A DNA stretch of 64,000 bases, from positions 5,332,001 to 5,396,000 of the forward strand of contig OX597826.1 of assembly GCA_951406725.2 (NCBI GenBank). Reading direction: 5' to 3'. Below are positions 40,001 through 55,493 of the stretch, one piece after another. The notes under the pieces were generated by a model. That model saw nothing but the letters and a program-made list of their open reading frames with translations. It ran no database searches and was not told the DNA's origin. The DNA is from Octopus vulgaris (Eukaryota). Position 1 is the stretch's first letter. Each line of letters opens with the position of its first letter. The translations under genes were made by a program, and so were the position numbers.

Positions 40001-42077
40001 GTTATTGCTACCGCAGAAGATGTAAGACGTGTTTTTGAAAGCCGTCTTACATTGAAGACTATTGAATACTCAGCCGTAAGGCAAGAATTTTGGGGGTCTA
40101 GTGGGGACCTGTTGTACGTCGCAAATTAATTTTACAAGCAAGAATTCCTCACTAAATTCTGGTCTACCCGAGGCTGAGTGAAAATATTATTCACTTAATT
40201 TTGAAAATTATTGGTTTGGTGGACGTATCCTGCCAAAATATTTGTTTGAAAATAGAGTTGTTACTGTTAAGGATTACCTAGAAGAAAATTGGAATGATTT
40301 TTTAACTGTTTTACAATTGTGTTAAATTTTGGCCTGGAGTACCAAGTGGCTTTTGCTGTGGTTTGAACTGTTGTTCTCTCTTCTGTCTTTGATTTAAAAA
40401 AAAAACGATTATTGAACTGTTAATTTTTTTCTCTCTCCTTCCTTTTGTTTGAACTTTTTTCGTCTTCCTTCTTTTTCTTTAATTATTTTCTATTTTAACA
40501 ACTGTATTTTTGGACTCTTAATAAAAACATGGCAAATAACAATGAAAAGTTGGTGGAGTGGGAAATTACACCACCCAAAAAATGGTTAAAAGAACTTGAA
40601 AGTTAGACGATGGTTTTGAGGACCTACTCGAGGACCCTCGACGCCATTGCCGTTTTCAGAAAGGATATAATCGAAAGAGAGCTGGCAGAATTTAAGCCAG
40701 CGATTAAGCTTATCACTTGGGGGGGGGTCAAATAGATAACCGTGTGGTTGCTGTTCGACTCCCCATGAGTGGCCTGTGAATTTGCAAGTCAGCCCCTGGA
40801 GCGTAATGAAATTTTGTTTTTCCTCACTTATTGTGGGAAGAGTTTGACGAGGGCTTAGGTTTGCGGCTCGCCATCCGGAGTTGAGCCCCAGTGGATAGGA
40901 GATACTATCCGCCGAGGTTTGGGTGGCAGTAGCACCAAGCACCTCAGCATAAATATTCTGCCTGCAACTGACTGGGAGGGGTCAAAAACAGTTATGACCC
41001 TATGGGCCCAGTCAGCCGAAAGGCTGGTATTTCCAGACTTTTTCAGAATGGCCAGGTCAAAGTATCCGGTGATTCTTCAGGGACACCCTCCCTAAGTGTC
41101 ATCGGTGCTTCAAGCCTGGACATATATAAAATAACTGTTCTCAAGGGCAAAGCAAAGTCCGGGAGCGGTTGACGGAGACGTCTGTAGTGGAGGGAATGAA
41201 GGCGGCCGAAGAGACGGAGGGCTCCTCAAAGAAGAGTCGCAAAAGGAAGAAGGAGAGCAATAATGGGTGCTCACCGAAGGATCCTGGGGATGGGGTAGGG
41301 GAGGCGAATTTCCAGGTCACGTAGAAGACGCACCCTCCCCCAGTCGAGAAGATAAAAAGGAGAAGAGGAGGAGAAACGAGACATTGCCGGCAGTCTAGGA
41401 CATGATCATGGAGTGTCACGGAGCCTCGTCGGTTGTGCCATCGGAAGGGGGAGACACCATTGGCGGGAATTTTGCCGCCAACAGTAAAATTGACCGACCC
41501 GGACCTGATGGACCTAAAACTGTTGGTCTTCTTTTATAGAGGCGGAGAGGTGGAAAAGATTGGCCTCCGCAGATAGCTGTGGAGGTCATAACGTTGCGCC
41601 TGTTTATCATGCTGAAGGGACTAAAAGAAGAATATCGCTCGTGTCCGGGTGACGCCAACTCGGACCCTTTCTTAATTTTAAACGAAGCATGGGCTATGGC
41701 AGAGTACACGGACACAACCGATTATGAGGTGGAAAATTGACAAGTTGAAAAGCCTCAGTGTTATAAAGTGTAAGAGGCTCAACGCCCGATTTGTAAATGG
41801 ACTAGTGTTGATTGTATATTGAATATTTTTTGTATGTTAATATTTGTAATGGACTATTAAGTCCAAAAACTGTAAAAACTGTTGTGAGAGGTTCAATACC
41901 TCGCCTTGTTTATTCTGTTTAAAAATAAAGAACAATGTTTTACAGAAGAAAAAAATCGGCGGGCGTTTTTGCTTTCTCTCATCAATATCATCTTTATTTC
42001 ATCATTCAGCTCATCAATGTATATGTCCAGCCCGCAGTTACTCTTTGTAATGCTTTATGGCAAATTTTTATGAAATA
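40001..42077 (+). mobile_element. Non-autonomous, ORF1-only non-LTR retroelement (HAL1-like organisation)
   Basis: 15-bp TSD AAGTAG(C/A)TTGCTTAC at 39986-40000 and 42078-42092. A-rich end with AATAAA. One decayed ORF and no recognisable RT or endonuclease. Confidence 0.78.
40529..41773 (+). pseudogene. gag/ORF1-like nucleic-acid-binding protein with CCHC zinc knuckle (decayed)
   Basis: ATG at 40529: MANNNEKLVEWEITPPKKWLKELES*TMVLRTYSRTLDAIAVFRKDIIERELAEFKPAIKLITWG. 41097-41138 reads CHRCFKPGHI*NNC (CX2CX4HX4C), followed by a basic/charged low-complexity region. Multiple stops and frameshifts. Confidence 0.75.
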
Positions 42078-42787
42078 AAGTAGATTGCTTACCAACTACA
42101 TGGTTCCGGGTTCAGTCCTACTGCGTGGTACCTTGGACAAGTGGCTTCTGCTATAGCATCGGGCCGACCAAAGCCTTGTGAATGGATTTGGTAGATGGAA
42201 ACTGAAAGAATCCCGTCGCATATATGTATATATGTATGTGTGTGTATATGTTTGTGTGTCTGTTTTTGTACCCCCAACTTCGCTTGACAACCGATGCTGG
42301 TGAGTTTACGACTCCGTAACTTAACGGTTCGGTAAAAGAAAACTTAGGATAAGTAATAGGCTTACAAAGAATAAATCCTGGGGTCGATTTGTTCCAGTCA
42401 AATGACTGAAACAAGTAAAAGAGTTTGTATGTAAACGAATGCATGTACAAAATAAGATTTGTTAACCGGCGTCAATTTAGCCATGGACGTTTAAATTCAT
42501 CATCAAAGGCAGCAATTTCATGGTCATTCGTACATTTTTTGAATATCCGGAATTATTTATCCAGTGTGTTCTTCATACTATAAAAGCGAACCTGATTTCT
42601 ATATCTAGCAGATTATGGGATCGCAGTGAAGCTTCTTTGTTCGTGATGTTGTAAATGACCATGTGAGAATATAGGGGTGAAGAAGCAAGATAAATTGAAA
42701 TTAATATCCATAGGCGATAAGTCGTATATCCATTCATTCATATCACTCATCCATGCATCCATCCGTCTGTCCGTCAGTCTGCAGAGT

Positions 42788-42828
<41 letters not shown>

Positions 42829-42829
42829 G

Positions 42830-43255
<426 letters not shown>

Positions 43256-44023
43256 GAGCAAATCGTCTGATTATAAATGGAACGACAAAGAAGGAAAGTA
43301 ATATTGAAAGGATTTTAAGCAAAATATAAAGGAAAGAACAAAATTGAAATATTTTTGTTTGTCAGAATGAATTTTATTGAAAAATGAATACTTTGGTGAA
43401 AGAGTGAGACAGAAAAGAGAGGGGGAAAATAGAGATATGTGTAAATAAGCGATGTGAAACATAAAAAGAAAGGGAAAAAGAGTGGTGTGGCATAATTTTA
43501 GAAATGAAACATAGAAAAGGGAGATAAGCGAAGGAGATATTAATTGTCTAAGTGATACTTTTTGAGAATTAAAAGATTGAAATACGTACTACATAATGGA
43601 GATGTGCAAGAGAAATGGAGGCTGGGAGAAAATATTGAGTAGAAAATAATGGCGACGACTGAAAGAAAGAAGTATTATATTGCGCGAAGAACATAATAGA
43701 AAGAAAGGATAAAAAGCGACTCAAGAATTGTGATATTTCTAAAACCATTAAACCAAAGAAATATTGAAAAGCACACACACACACGCGCGCGGGGGCAAAC
43801 GCACACGCATACACCTACACACACATACTCACACACAAACATACACAAAAGACACACCTGCACTCACACATGTGCACACACACACACGTGTATATATATC
43901 TATAAATATATATATATGCATGAATATATATATATATATATATACACATACTCATGAATATATACATATATACGTACGTACACACACACACGCATATATA
44001 TATATATATATATATACAGTATA

Positions 44024-44805
44024 TGAGGTCTAATCAACAAGTATCCGGACTGTTGCCATAGTAACAAAGCTGAAGCACGCAGAGGGAAGCCGCTTAGAAT
44101 CGATTGACCCTGAACACTGCTGTGCACGCGCACTGAGTTTCAGTGTTCTAGCTCACATCCGCTATGTACCACAGTGCTTCGAATTAATGTGTGTAGCGTG
44201 TGATCGTCGCATTGACCATGACAAAGTAAGTTGTCATGGCGATAGCGGCTCAGATGCCTACACAAAGTTGCAGAGAGTTTATGAAGAGGAGTGTATGAGC
44301 CGCACACAAATGCAGGAGTGGTTCAGATGTTTCCAATATGGTCGAAAAAGTGTCGATATTGACGAATGTTTTGGGAGAGCCACAACCAGCAGAAGTGTAA
44401 AAGGAAAAAAAATGTGCTTGCTTCTGTGAGGGGAAATCGTCGAAACACCATCCGTGAATTATTATCAGGGGATATGATGATTAGTTACGGTTCAGTTTAT
44501 TTTGACTTAAGATGTGGGTATGAGACGCATGTCTGCCAAGTTTGTGCCAAAAATGCTTTCAGCTGACCCAAAAAGTCATTTGGGTCTCAGTTGCACAAGA
44601 TCTACTAGAATGTGTTGAGAACGATTAACATTTTTGGGAACTTGCGTAAGCCTCTGAGCAGCTATCACCAAGCGTTTGGCAAAATGTTATGCCGATACTC
44701 TGCTTAAATTTCTCTGTCAGGGTCAATTTGTGCCAAACGGCTTCACTCTGCTTGTTCTAGCTTCGTTACTATGGCAACAGACAGATAGTCATTCATCAGA
44801 CCACG
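44024..44805 (+). mobile_element. Internally deleted mariner element with long imperfect TIRs
   Basis: TA|TGAGGTCTAATCAACAAGTATCCGGACTGTTGCCATAGTAACAAAGCT..GACCCTGA and TCAGGGTC..AGCTTCGTTACTATGGCAACAG..TCAGACCACG|TA. Encodes AYTKLQRVYEEECMSRTQMQEWFRCFQYGRKSVDID..GR (mariner HTH) and SAKFVPKML (WVPHEL-like). No DDD domain. Confidence 0.88.
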
Positions 44806-44809
44806 TATG

Positions 44810-44893
<84 letters not shown>

Positions 44894-44900
44894 GTATATA

Positions 44901-44956
<56 letters not shown>

Positions 44957-47900
44957 TGTATGTATATGTATATATATATGTATATATATATGTACAATTA
45001 CCACACCAAAGACATGTATTACGTTATAAGTTTGGGAAAAAATGAGTTTCGTTGGGGATGCAAATCCTCATAGTCGTATACAGCAGAGCGAGACACCAAA
45101 ACAAAAACAAAACGTCCATACCGTTTCTCACTCGATGTAGAATGAGGAGGTTGGATGTTGAGATAAAGGGGGAAGGAGTTGGAGGGGGTGAATCTCATAA
45201 TGCTCAGTAGATACTGATCCTCGTAAAAGGTCTTTTTACACGTTAGTTAATGTCAGATCATCGATTCCTTTGAAATACAAAAAAGGAAATGAAGAATTCG
45301 TCTGTTATTGAATGTCACCATCGCCTACTTGTATCAAGTTAATGCAGGTCGGTGACAGATAAGAATCTAGTAAATGTGCATAATGTCCCATGAAAAATGC
45401 TGACACACTAACTGAATAACAAATAGAGAAGCTAAATGAATGCTAACATTTTTTTAACGCAAAGACCTTTAAAAAGCTAAGAAGATGTATACAATAAGAA
45501 AAATGTTTACATGATATAATAACGCTTCCTCAGTTACAAATATGATCTTAATCTAATCGTTGGATTTTTATTATTTCGGCGAGTAAACTGGTAAGTGAAA
45601 TGCTGAGTTTACAATACCAGAGGAAGATCTAATGAGAAATCACACTGTGAAATGGTGTCGAAAAATAGCGTAATTAATTTAAGGGGTGATGTATTCAATT
45701 CCAGTAAACAACAAAGTGTGTATTTATTGAAATTGTTTTGATATGTTTGAAGAGGGATCAAAAACCTAGAGGGAAACTAGATGAGCCTGCAGATAAAATT
45801 CGGATTTTCAAAAGAAGAAATATAAATACGTATTTTGACGTCGAAAGTTAATTTACTTAAATAAATATAAAAAGATCTAAGGGGAATAACTTAGGAGAAT
45901 ACTGTCTAAATTTGGAAAATTCAAGTTAAAAAGGAAAATATACTGTACGCAATAAAACAATAAAATTTTTATGTATTAGAATTTCCTCTGCGTTGTAAAC
46001 CGAAAAGAAACAAAAGAAATAAATTGTACAAGTTTCCTTGTTGGCGACTTTCGGGGAGAAGAGCAAATTTCAAAAAATTAAGAATAAATATCGCAAGTTA
46101 ATTTACTTGCTTAAAGAAAGAGCAGTCTGGTGTTTGTTTGCAGACGAGTGCCAACTGTGTACATATTTATCGGTCTATTTGATCTAGCCAGCAATATGCA
46201 GTGCATTGCAGCCTGCAGATCAGTAAATGGAATTTTACATACAGAAAATGGTTAACCTATTTTCTGTATATATTTTAGGTTAAGAAAATAGGATTGTTTA
46301 GAGAACAAATAAACCAGAGACATGAAATTATAAGCTAGCATTTCAACCATCCGTAGAGTTAGAATAAACATAATGTGGCATGGTAGCATTTATATGAATG
46401 TATACATGTATGTATTTATCCATGTATATATATGCATGCATTCATGTATGTGGATCTGTGTCCGTGTATACATTTGTATACATGGACACAGATCTACATA
46501 CATGTAGAAATGTTCATATACACATATATATGTAAATATAAACATGTATATATTTATATATATGTATAATTTATATACGTATATGTATATATAAACACAC
46601 ACACATATATATATATCTAAATATATACGTTTTCTTGTTATTATTTTGCAATTTACTTAATCATCTGTATATTATTGTTATTTTATTTTAAATATTTCTA
46701 TCATATGTAATTTTCAAGTGGTGTAATTTAATTGTTCATTTTGAATTGATAAAAGGTATTTCTTTTACTATTTTTTTTATATATATTATATTTTGTTAAA
46801 TTTGATTTAGTATTTCTAAATTGAATTTTTCCTTGTAAGTTAGGAATAATATTCACTCATATAATTATTATATATATATATATATATATAATGTATGTGT
46901 ATATACACACACACCTATAGTGGGTGCAAATTACGCTTTTGTGGTCAGCATTCTGTTTTTTGCCCGACCACTTCTAAGTCCTCTCTAGCTATCCTGTTTC
47001 TAGACCAAATTAAGCCTACTTATATTTATTAAAAGGAACCACTTCTTCACTGTATGCTCATGTATTTACAACTTCTTCAAAGTTTCATTGTCGATTTTAA
47101 TAAACCATATCCTGTCCTTCTTAAACAGTAATTTCTTTTTTAACATCACTATCATTGACCTGTCCAGTAGCTGTCACCATCCGCTCCTCAAATGCATACT
47201 AGTAATCTGGTTTGCTAAATGTAACCTGCTTCTTAATACCCGGTTATATATTTCTTGTTCAGTGACTGATTCATTAAATATGTGTCCATCTGCAGAGTAC
47301 GTCTTCATATTTTGTTTTACTATAATTTTTAATTTTTTTAAAAAACTTCACACATATATGTCTTATTATTTTAACGATGCATTTGATACCATTTCTTGTG
47401 GGATTATATTTTTATCTGCAACACTTTTGCTGTTTTCTGTGATTTAATATGTTACTGCAGTTCGATGTACCGTGTGTAGATCGTGTTCTTGGTCTTTTTC
47501 AGCTATTTTCTGCTAATGTTTTGCCTATATCTATATCTAGACACCGGTATTTAGCGACAGTTGTATTAGAAAGCAAAGTCACACGGCCAATGCTCTAAAT
47601 ACCACTAAATGTAGGAAGTCACATCTGACTGCCCAATGTAACTGATACTGCGACGTATTCCCCCTGTGCCCCTTAAGTGTAAATTATATAACAATATATT
47701 CTACTGACCAACAGTGCTGCAAGAGAAGCAGAGGAAGATCTACATCAGAGCAACAAACAATCATTGAAAGCCAATTTTTACGCAACACATAGAATTGTTT
47801 CGCTGTTTTTGAGAAATAACGACTCTACGTCTCTACGGGAGAATACATGGGATCTAAAAGAAAATTTGTTAATATAAATAAAAATGAAGTATCATAAATT

Positions 47901-48169
47901 TTAATGTTTTCAGTGTGATAGATGGACATTAAAACTATTAGGTACATTTCTGCTCCGTATACAGCGAAGTAAACGACCTGTCAGTGGTTCAACGAAGACA
48001 TATTGAAAGTTATATAGCAACTAATTACCTTTGATGCATCTGTCAGGGGAACGAAGAGAAAAAAGAGAAGGAAAGATAGACACCTTGTCAATGATAATTG
48101 CCCTCACACTCATACTCACATGTGTGTGCTTATGTTTTTTCTGAGTGTGCGTATACTATGAAGAAAGAA

Positions 48170-48171
<2 letters not shown>

Positions 48172-48244
<73 letters not shown>
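48172..48244. repeat. (GA)n microsatellite
   Basis: Direct reading of the sequence. Confidence 0.98.
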
Positions 48245-48248
<4 letters not shown>

Positions 48249-50954
48249 CAGAAGAAATTTAAAGAAAAAGAGTATTTGATACATAGAGAAATTTGTGTTC
48301 AAAGGATTTTACAGCTTGTTTGAAAAAAAAAAGGATCTTTTCAATGATAAAAAAATGTTAAAGCCATTTCGTGTTGCTAAACTATTCCCATTATGAAACC
48401 AGTAACGGATACATATAAGCACAGTAACTTAAATATGCACGTATAGCGTCGCACATACTGAGAGTTGAGAATAATCGTACACAGCGTCAGACGCTAGCGC
48501 ACAACACATGAATGGAAAGTTACGCATTCCGCTTAAGACAAAGATTTGTCCACTATTGGAAATGAAAGAGAGAGAAAAATCAATTGATCATACCTCTGGG
48601 ATTTCAGCTTCAAAAAATATTTTTTAAAAATATATCACCAAATAATCTTTAAAGTATTTATCACAGCTGAGACATTAGATGAAAGTAGAATCGCCTCAAA
48701 GAACTAATATTGAATAAAATGATAGAAATATATAAAAAGTGGGAAGGCCGAAAAATAAAATAAAAAACGAAATTTTTCTCAAAATTGGTCGATATAATCT
48801 GAAAGATGGTGAGAAACAAAATTTTTCAAAAGTTATTTAAACGAAACTTACAAAGGAGTAACTGAAAAATTTCTAAGGGTAAAAAGTTAAACATGGGATT
48901 GCGCTTTCGAAAATTACGCGGCTGTAATAAGATATATTTTAAATTCAGTAGCATACGTATACGAAAAAAGAGCAATGGGAAACAAGGTTTATATATAAAC
49001 ACGCACAAATATGTCTCCACACATTCAGTACCGCACACATACGCTTGCATGAAAGTTTATGATGTTCGATCGGCAATCAATTAGTTTCCTTTTCGATTCC
49101 ACTAATCAGCATATTTTCCAAGATATTTCTTTTAAACTACAGCTTTGTGTTGATCTAATCTTACGAGTGAAATTTGGACAAAGAATGTAGTTCAGGCTGA
49201 AAATATGACAGGTTACTGATTCATTCGTCGTAAATATGGAATTGTTTAACGATATATAAAGGCGATGTCGTTGTATTGTATATAGTAGACTTACTAATAC
49301 CATAATACGCTACATCAAATATATAACCTCTCATGGCGTCATCGTGTATACAGTAGTTAGTTTCAATAAGACAATACAATTAAAGATGTAAGACTTTCTG
49401 CTGCAAAATAATCATAATTACTTGTCAAAGTATTATAAACAGTCTTATTGTCCCATCAGTCTAGACGTCTAAAGATAAACAAAATATAAGGAAACCGAAG
49501 GACAAACTTATTTATATTAATGAAATAGTGTTACACATTCAGCGTCTTTAAAAATGAATTATTACTATCAGGAGACTTAATCCCAACACATCTTTAAACC
49601 TATTCCCAACACATCTTCGATAATTCGTCATTCAATTATAATACTGAGTTAGCTAAAAGTAGTTTCTAATATTATATATCTTACATACTAAAAATCTTAT
49701 GAAAGATGCAAGGTACTTAGAAAAGACTCCGTAACATTATATGATTTAATCTAGTAGTTTAAACACTGGTGTGAAAAAAGTTTGCCTGACTCAAATGTAT
49801 GATTTTATTTCAATTTGAAATACTTCAAAAAGGATTGCACAAATTTTTTTTTCTTTTAATACATAATCGTATTATGAAAGTGTCAATAGGTCATATGTCA
49901 ATGATATGAAATTAGACGAAAAACATATCGAGTGAAACAAAGTAATTAACAACCGCGAAATCAAGCATGTTATACCGAGATGATCGTATATAAAGCCACT
50001 AGTGAACAGCTAAGATTAATCGAAAACCAAAACCTAATTGCTGCGTAGAATGACGATGCCTTAATAATATATAGTCATCCAGATTTGTTGAAAAGAAGGA
50101 CACAAAACATTTTCGAATCTTTCTTTGACACTTAAATAAGCAAAACTTTGATCTTCACAATATCAGAAAAGCTTAGAACAAAGCAGACCCCATGTAAATG
50201 GTGCAAAAATGTTCAGATTAGTCTTAGAGCTAAGAACGCTGATAGCGAAAGATCCAAGAGTTCTTCCTTAAAGCTATCGATAAGCGGTGTAAAATATCGG
50301 ATTAAGGAGGACAAGAAACAAACAAATAGTTACACTATTTTCCTTGTTAACGGCAAAAATATTTTGATCTCCTGGAAATGTGCATTACTGTAATATTAAG
50401 CTTCGGACACACATTTCAATTGTTTATGTTGTGTTTAACATACCACACTGGGTTTCGCGTGAAGAAACTGGCTTTTGGAAGGAGAGGCCCTATCTTACAA
50501 CGCATTGGAGGGACATCTACGTAACGCTGCATTCTAGCAGTTCTTTCTGGAAGAGTATCTCAGTTTCTTATGAGAATTGCTAGAATGCAACAGCTAACTA
50601 CTTAGATATTATTGTGAAAATAAATGAAATGACGAGGAGAATGAGCGAGATACTTGTTTCAAATGTTACATGAGGAGGCGAAAAATGCACCTTCGATGGG
50701 AGACAATTGATTGAGCAACATCTCACCTATGAGCTAAGGACGAGGAAAGAGTCAAAAGAATTTTTGAGAATTTGAATTAAGAATCTCGCAAATTCAATTT
50801 TTTTCACTGATCTATTTATAAAAACTCTACAGACACCAACGAATTCCTGAAATAACTCCACTAGTATATGCATCTCTACTATTGATGAGATCAGATAGCC
50901 AAAAGCTGTGGACGAGCTATACACAGCATCTTATCAGTATGCACTATATATATA

Positions 50955-51597
<643 letters not shown>

Positions 51598-52626
51598 GTA
51601 TATATATATATATATATTTGTGTATATATATATATATTTGTGTATATATATATATATGGGTTTGTGAGTGTGCGCACGTGTGAGGCAACATTCCGTAGCT
51701 TATTTGTTTCTCCCCTTTTTGTTGTCTTGCTTATCATTTGTCGTCCTCTCCTCTATACTAATAACTACTGACAATTACATTTCCCTGATTTGAATGGCGA
51801 AAACTCTGAAACTTCCACAAGATTTTCAAGTTTAACATTGTAGCTGGTACAGCAACAGATGTCATCTAATGTCCATGCACTACATGTATCCATCAACATC
51901 GTATTCGACAGCACTGTATTGCCTGAAGTAAACCAAAAGATTACAATTCATTTTGCGTTCAAATTTTGACTGCATAAATTTTTCTTTTTATTCTTCCCGT
52001 TTAATAAACCGAATGTTAAATTACGAGCCAGAAATATCACACAACTCACCCTTTTACAATTTTGCATGAAAATTATCAGTCCAATCTTACATTTAATTTA
52101 TTTCTTCTTTCATGAAACAAAACAAGAAGAGCATAACTGGATTTTAAGCATAACATAAGTGACTAGCTCACAGTTTTCAAAATACACTAAGGATTTAAAT
52201 ACGGAAACATGTCATAGATATTTTTTTCTCTGTTAGTATTATATGTTGGGTGATAAATCTAAAATGTTATACGCAGACTACAATTTGGAGAGAAGTGTAT
52301 GTTATAAAAATAAAACATGGAACGTAGAATATATCCATCTTTGTCAAACTGATGTTTACAGAAATAGAATACTTAGTCATTTCATGGGAAAACATCGTCT
52401 TAAATTTATCCCACGTTCCCGCTCTCGCTCTTTTTACCTTTCTCTAGTAATCTATTCATCAATTTTCACATTCATCTGTATATCTATCCATCTATCTAGC
52501 CATCTATCTGTCCTAAAACACATATATACATGCACACACTCTCTCACACACACACACTTATATACATTTAGACATACATATGTATGTATGTATGAATGTA
52601 TGTATATATGTATGTATACACACACA

Positions 52627-52723
<97 letters not shown>

Positions 52724-52752
52724 ATGTATATATATATGTATATGTATTTATA

Positions 52753-52797
<45 letters not shown>

Positions 52798-52836
52798 ATG
52801 TATATATATATGTATATGTATTTATATATATGTATA

Positions 52837-52883
<47 letters not shown>

Positions 52884-53539
52884 GCATATATATATATATA
52901 TGCATATATAGGTTGAGAGAGCAAAGCCGATGGTTTGTTCGTTATCCAGATTATATATCTTGATGATTTTACCTAAGATTACAGTTGCTGTTTGCGTTTT
53001 CCATTTCCCTCTCCCATCTTACATCTTTAATATACACTTAGGCATACAGATATGTATGTATATACTGTACACAAACACAAGTACACACACACACACATAC
53101 ACTCATGAACACGAACACATAGAGACACACGAACATGGATAACTCTTGGTGCCTCTGTTGTTTGGTTGCAAGTGTATCCTTTAGCGCAATGTGTATGTGT
53201 GTGCTTATGTGTGTGTGGTTGTGAAAGTCGATCTTCTTTCCCCATAATTCACAATTTGTGTTGTGACTAAATATATGGACTTCTATATATTCCATTGTAG
53301 CTTTTATTTTATTTTATGTACCACACTCACACACCATTCAGTTTTGAATATCTTTTTAAAAACCCTACTAAATACCTCCGAGTTCTACCAATTTTGGAAC
53401 GATTGTAGTGCAGTATTTCTCCGTTCTGGCGACGATGACTCACCCTTTATGTCTCTGACTATTGTTGCGACTTCATAACAGCATAGAGCTATCAGTTATA
53501 TAAGGCGAAGATTTCCCCAGTAACAATGGAAAAGCATGA

Positions 53540-54530
53540 AGAAGTACTGTCGTGAAAGTAATTACAACCTTTGAGAAAGAGAGAAAACAAACCTTCCCGT
53601 TGAAAACAAAACTCCGGAAAAAACCCAAAACTTTGAGATGAGGACCGTCGGACTCGTACGCGAATTATTAGAAAGGACCACAAAAGTACAGCTCTCAAAA
53701 TTACTGCAGAGCTTAATGACCACATCGAGAACCTATTTTCCACAAAAACTCTTCACCGGGAGCTGCCAAAAATAAGATATCACGGGAGAGATACAATCAG
53801 AAAACCACAAAAACAAATGTTGCAAAGCATTTAGAGTGGAGTAAAAATCTGTTGAGTTGATCCCTAGAGCAATGGAAGAATGCTATTTTCTCGGACGTGT
53901 CATCCTTTACCTTAATTCTGACCACTGGCCGAGTATATGTGTGGAGACAGCCAAAAGAAGGATTTGACCCAGACTTCCTACTTCCAATTATTAAACATGG
54001 AGGAGGATCTGTGATGTTCTGGGTGGCGAGGCTATATCTTAGCATTCCACCTGCCCAATGTATTTCCTTCATGGCAGAATTAAACCTGAAGACTATTTAA
54101 GAATTTTATCTGATCAAATTCAGCTTATGGTTGCGGAACTGTTTCTTGAGGGAAACGCAATCTTTCAGGAGGATAATGCACCGATTCACACAGCTAAGTT
54201 GTTATTGAATTGCACGAGGAACATTCTAGTGAAGTTGAACGTCTTATCTGGTCCCCATAGTTCCCAGATCTCAATATTATTGAACATTTATGGTGCATTT
54301 TAGAAAAAAACAAGTGAGGAGTCGATATCACCCACCATCATCACTATAAGAACTGGAGACTGTTTTAGCTGAAGAATGGACAAAACTCCTGTGGAAACAA
54401 TCTAAACTTTGAACGAATCCATACCTTGTAGAATTCAAGCTGTAATTACTGCCAAAGCGATCCTATCCCATATTAAAATAATTTTTTTTGAAATTTTATG
54501 GTGTTTCCATTATTTTGTCCAACTCCTGTA
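53540..54530 (+). mobile_element. Tc1 (DD34E-type) transposon, 5'-truncated, pseudogenised transposase
   Basis: WKNAIFSDVSSFTL..GRVYVWRQPKE..KHGGGSVMFW; AIFQEDNAPIHTAK; PDLNIIEHLW. The right TIR GGTGTTTCCATTATTTTGTCCAACTCCTG|TA lies at 54500-54530. Confidence 0.92.
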
Positions 54531-55398
54531 TATGAGTTTATGCGTGAGCGTGTGTGTGCACTTAATTCGGTGCGAGTGTCTGTGTAAGGGAGTCAGCAGA
54601 TATCTTAGGTACATTTCCTACCTCAACTATATCAACCTATCCTAAGATACTTCTCAAATGTATGTACTGCATACAGACAAATACACAATCTTATATTCTG
54701 ATATTTAGTTCGTTTCCCTCACGAGAATGTACATATATTGTTATTTATCAAAAATATGAAACTGGAAAAAGAGACACACGAAGCTGGCGTAGCATCATTT
54801 ATTCATCTAATATAACGTGTTCTAAAATAACTGAGCGACCACATGTAAACTTAATGGTGAGTGAAACTACAGTTAATGAATCATATCAACCATGCGATAA
54901 AATTATCAAATACGATAAATTTATCAAACACGAACACATATAACACAAAGTGAACTCCATTGAGATTTCTACAATGTAAGGGGAGATCACCAGCAACCTG
55001 CTGCTGTGTTCTCCAAGGGCCATTACGCTCCTGCCAAGGCATTAATATTAGAACTCCTAATGATTACTAAGTATCAAACAATTAGTTATATAATGACTTC
55101 CACATGTTTAATTAGATAATAAGACAATTTGAACTTTGAAGCACGTTAACGTTTAAATTCTTTAGCACATGTGTATTTCTATGTAAGCATGCTATTTAAG
55201 CTTTTAGGAATGTATGTGTCTGCCTGAGGGCATGTATATGTGTATGCGCGTATATCTAATCAAAAACCCATCCATTAACGTATTTGGATTAATTAAAATA
55301 AATGAAGGTTCTGGTAATCATCGACAGTCTCTACTCCATCTCACACTCTCTGTATGTATAAAACTTCTAGTTACAATCCGTTTTGCGTATCAATCATT

Positions 55399-55493
<95 letters not shown>

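Larger units (their letters stand above)
39969..42424 (+). mobile_element. SINE family B split in two (39969-40000 and 42078-42424) by a 2.1-kb insertion
   Basis: GGCGTGGCTGTGTGGTAAGTAGCTTGCTTAC resumes at 42078 as AAGTAGATTGCTTACCAACTACATGGTTCCGGGTTCAGTCC and runs to the GACTGAAACAAGTAAAAGAG tail. Confidence 0.9.

Noticed and set aside
46920-47460. Possible LINE RT 3' relic on the minus strand
   Set aside because: No diagnostic motif could be read with confidence.
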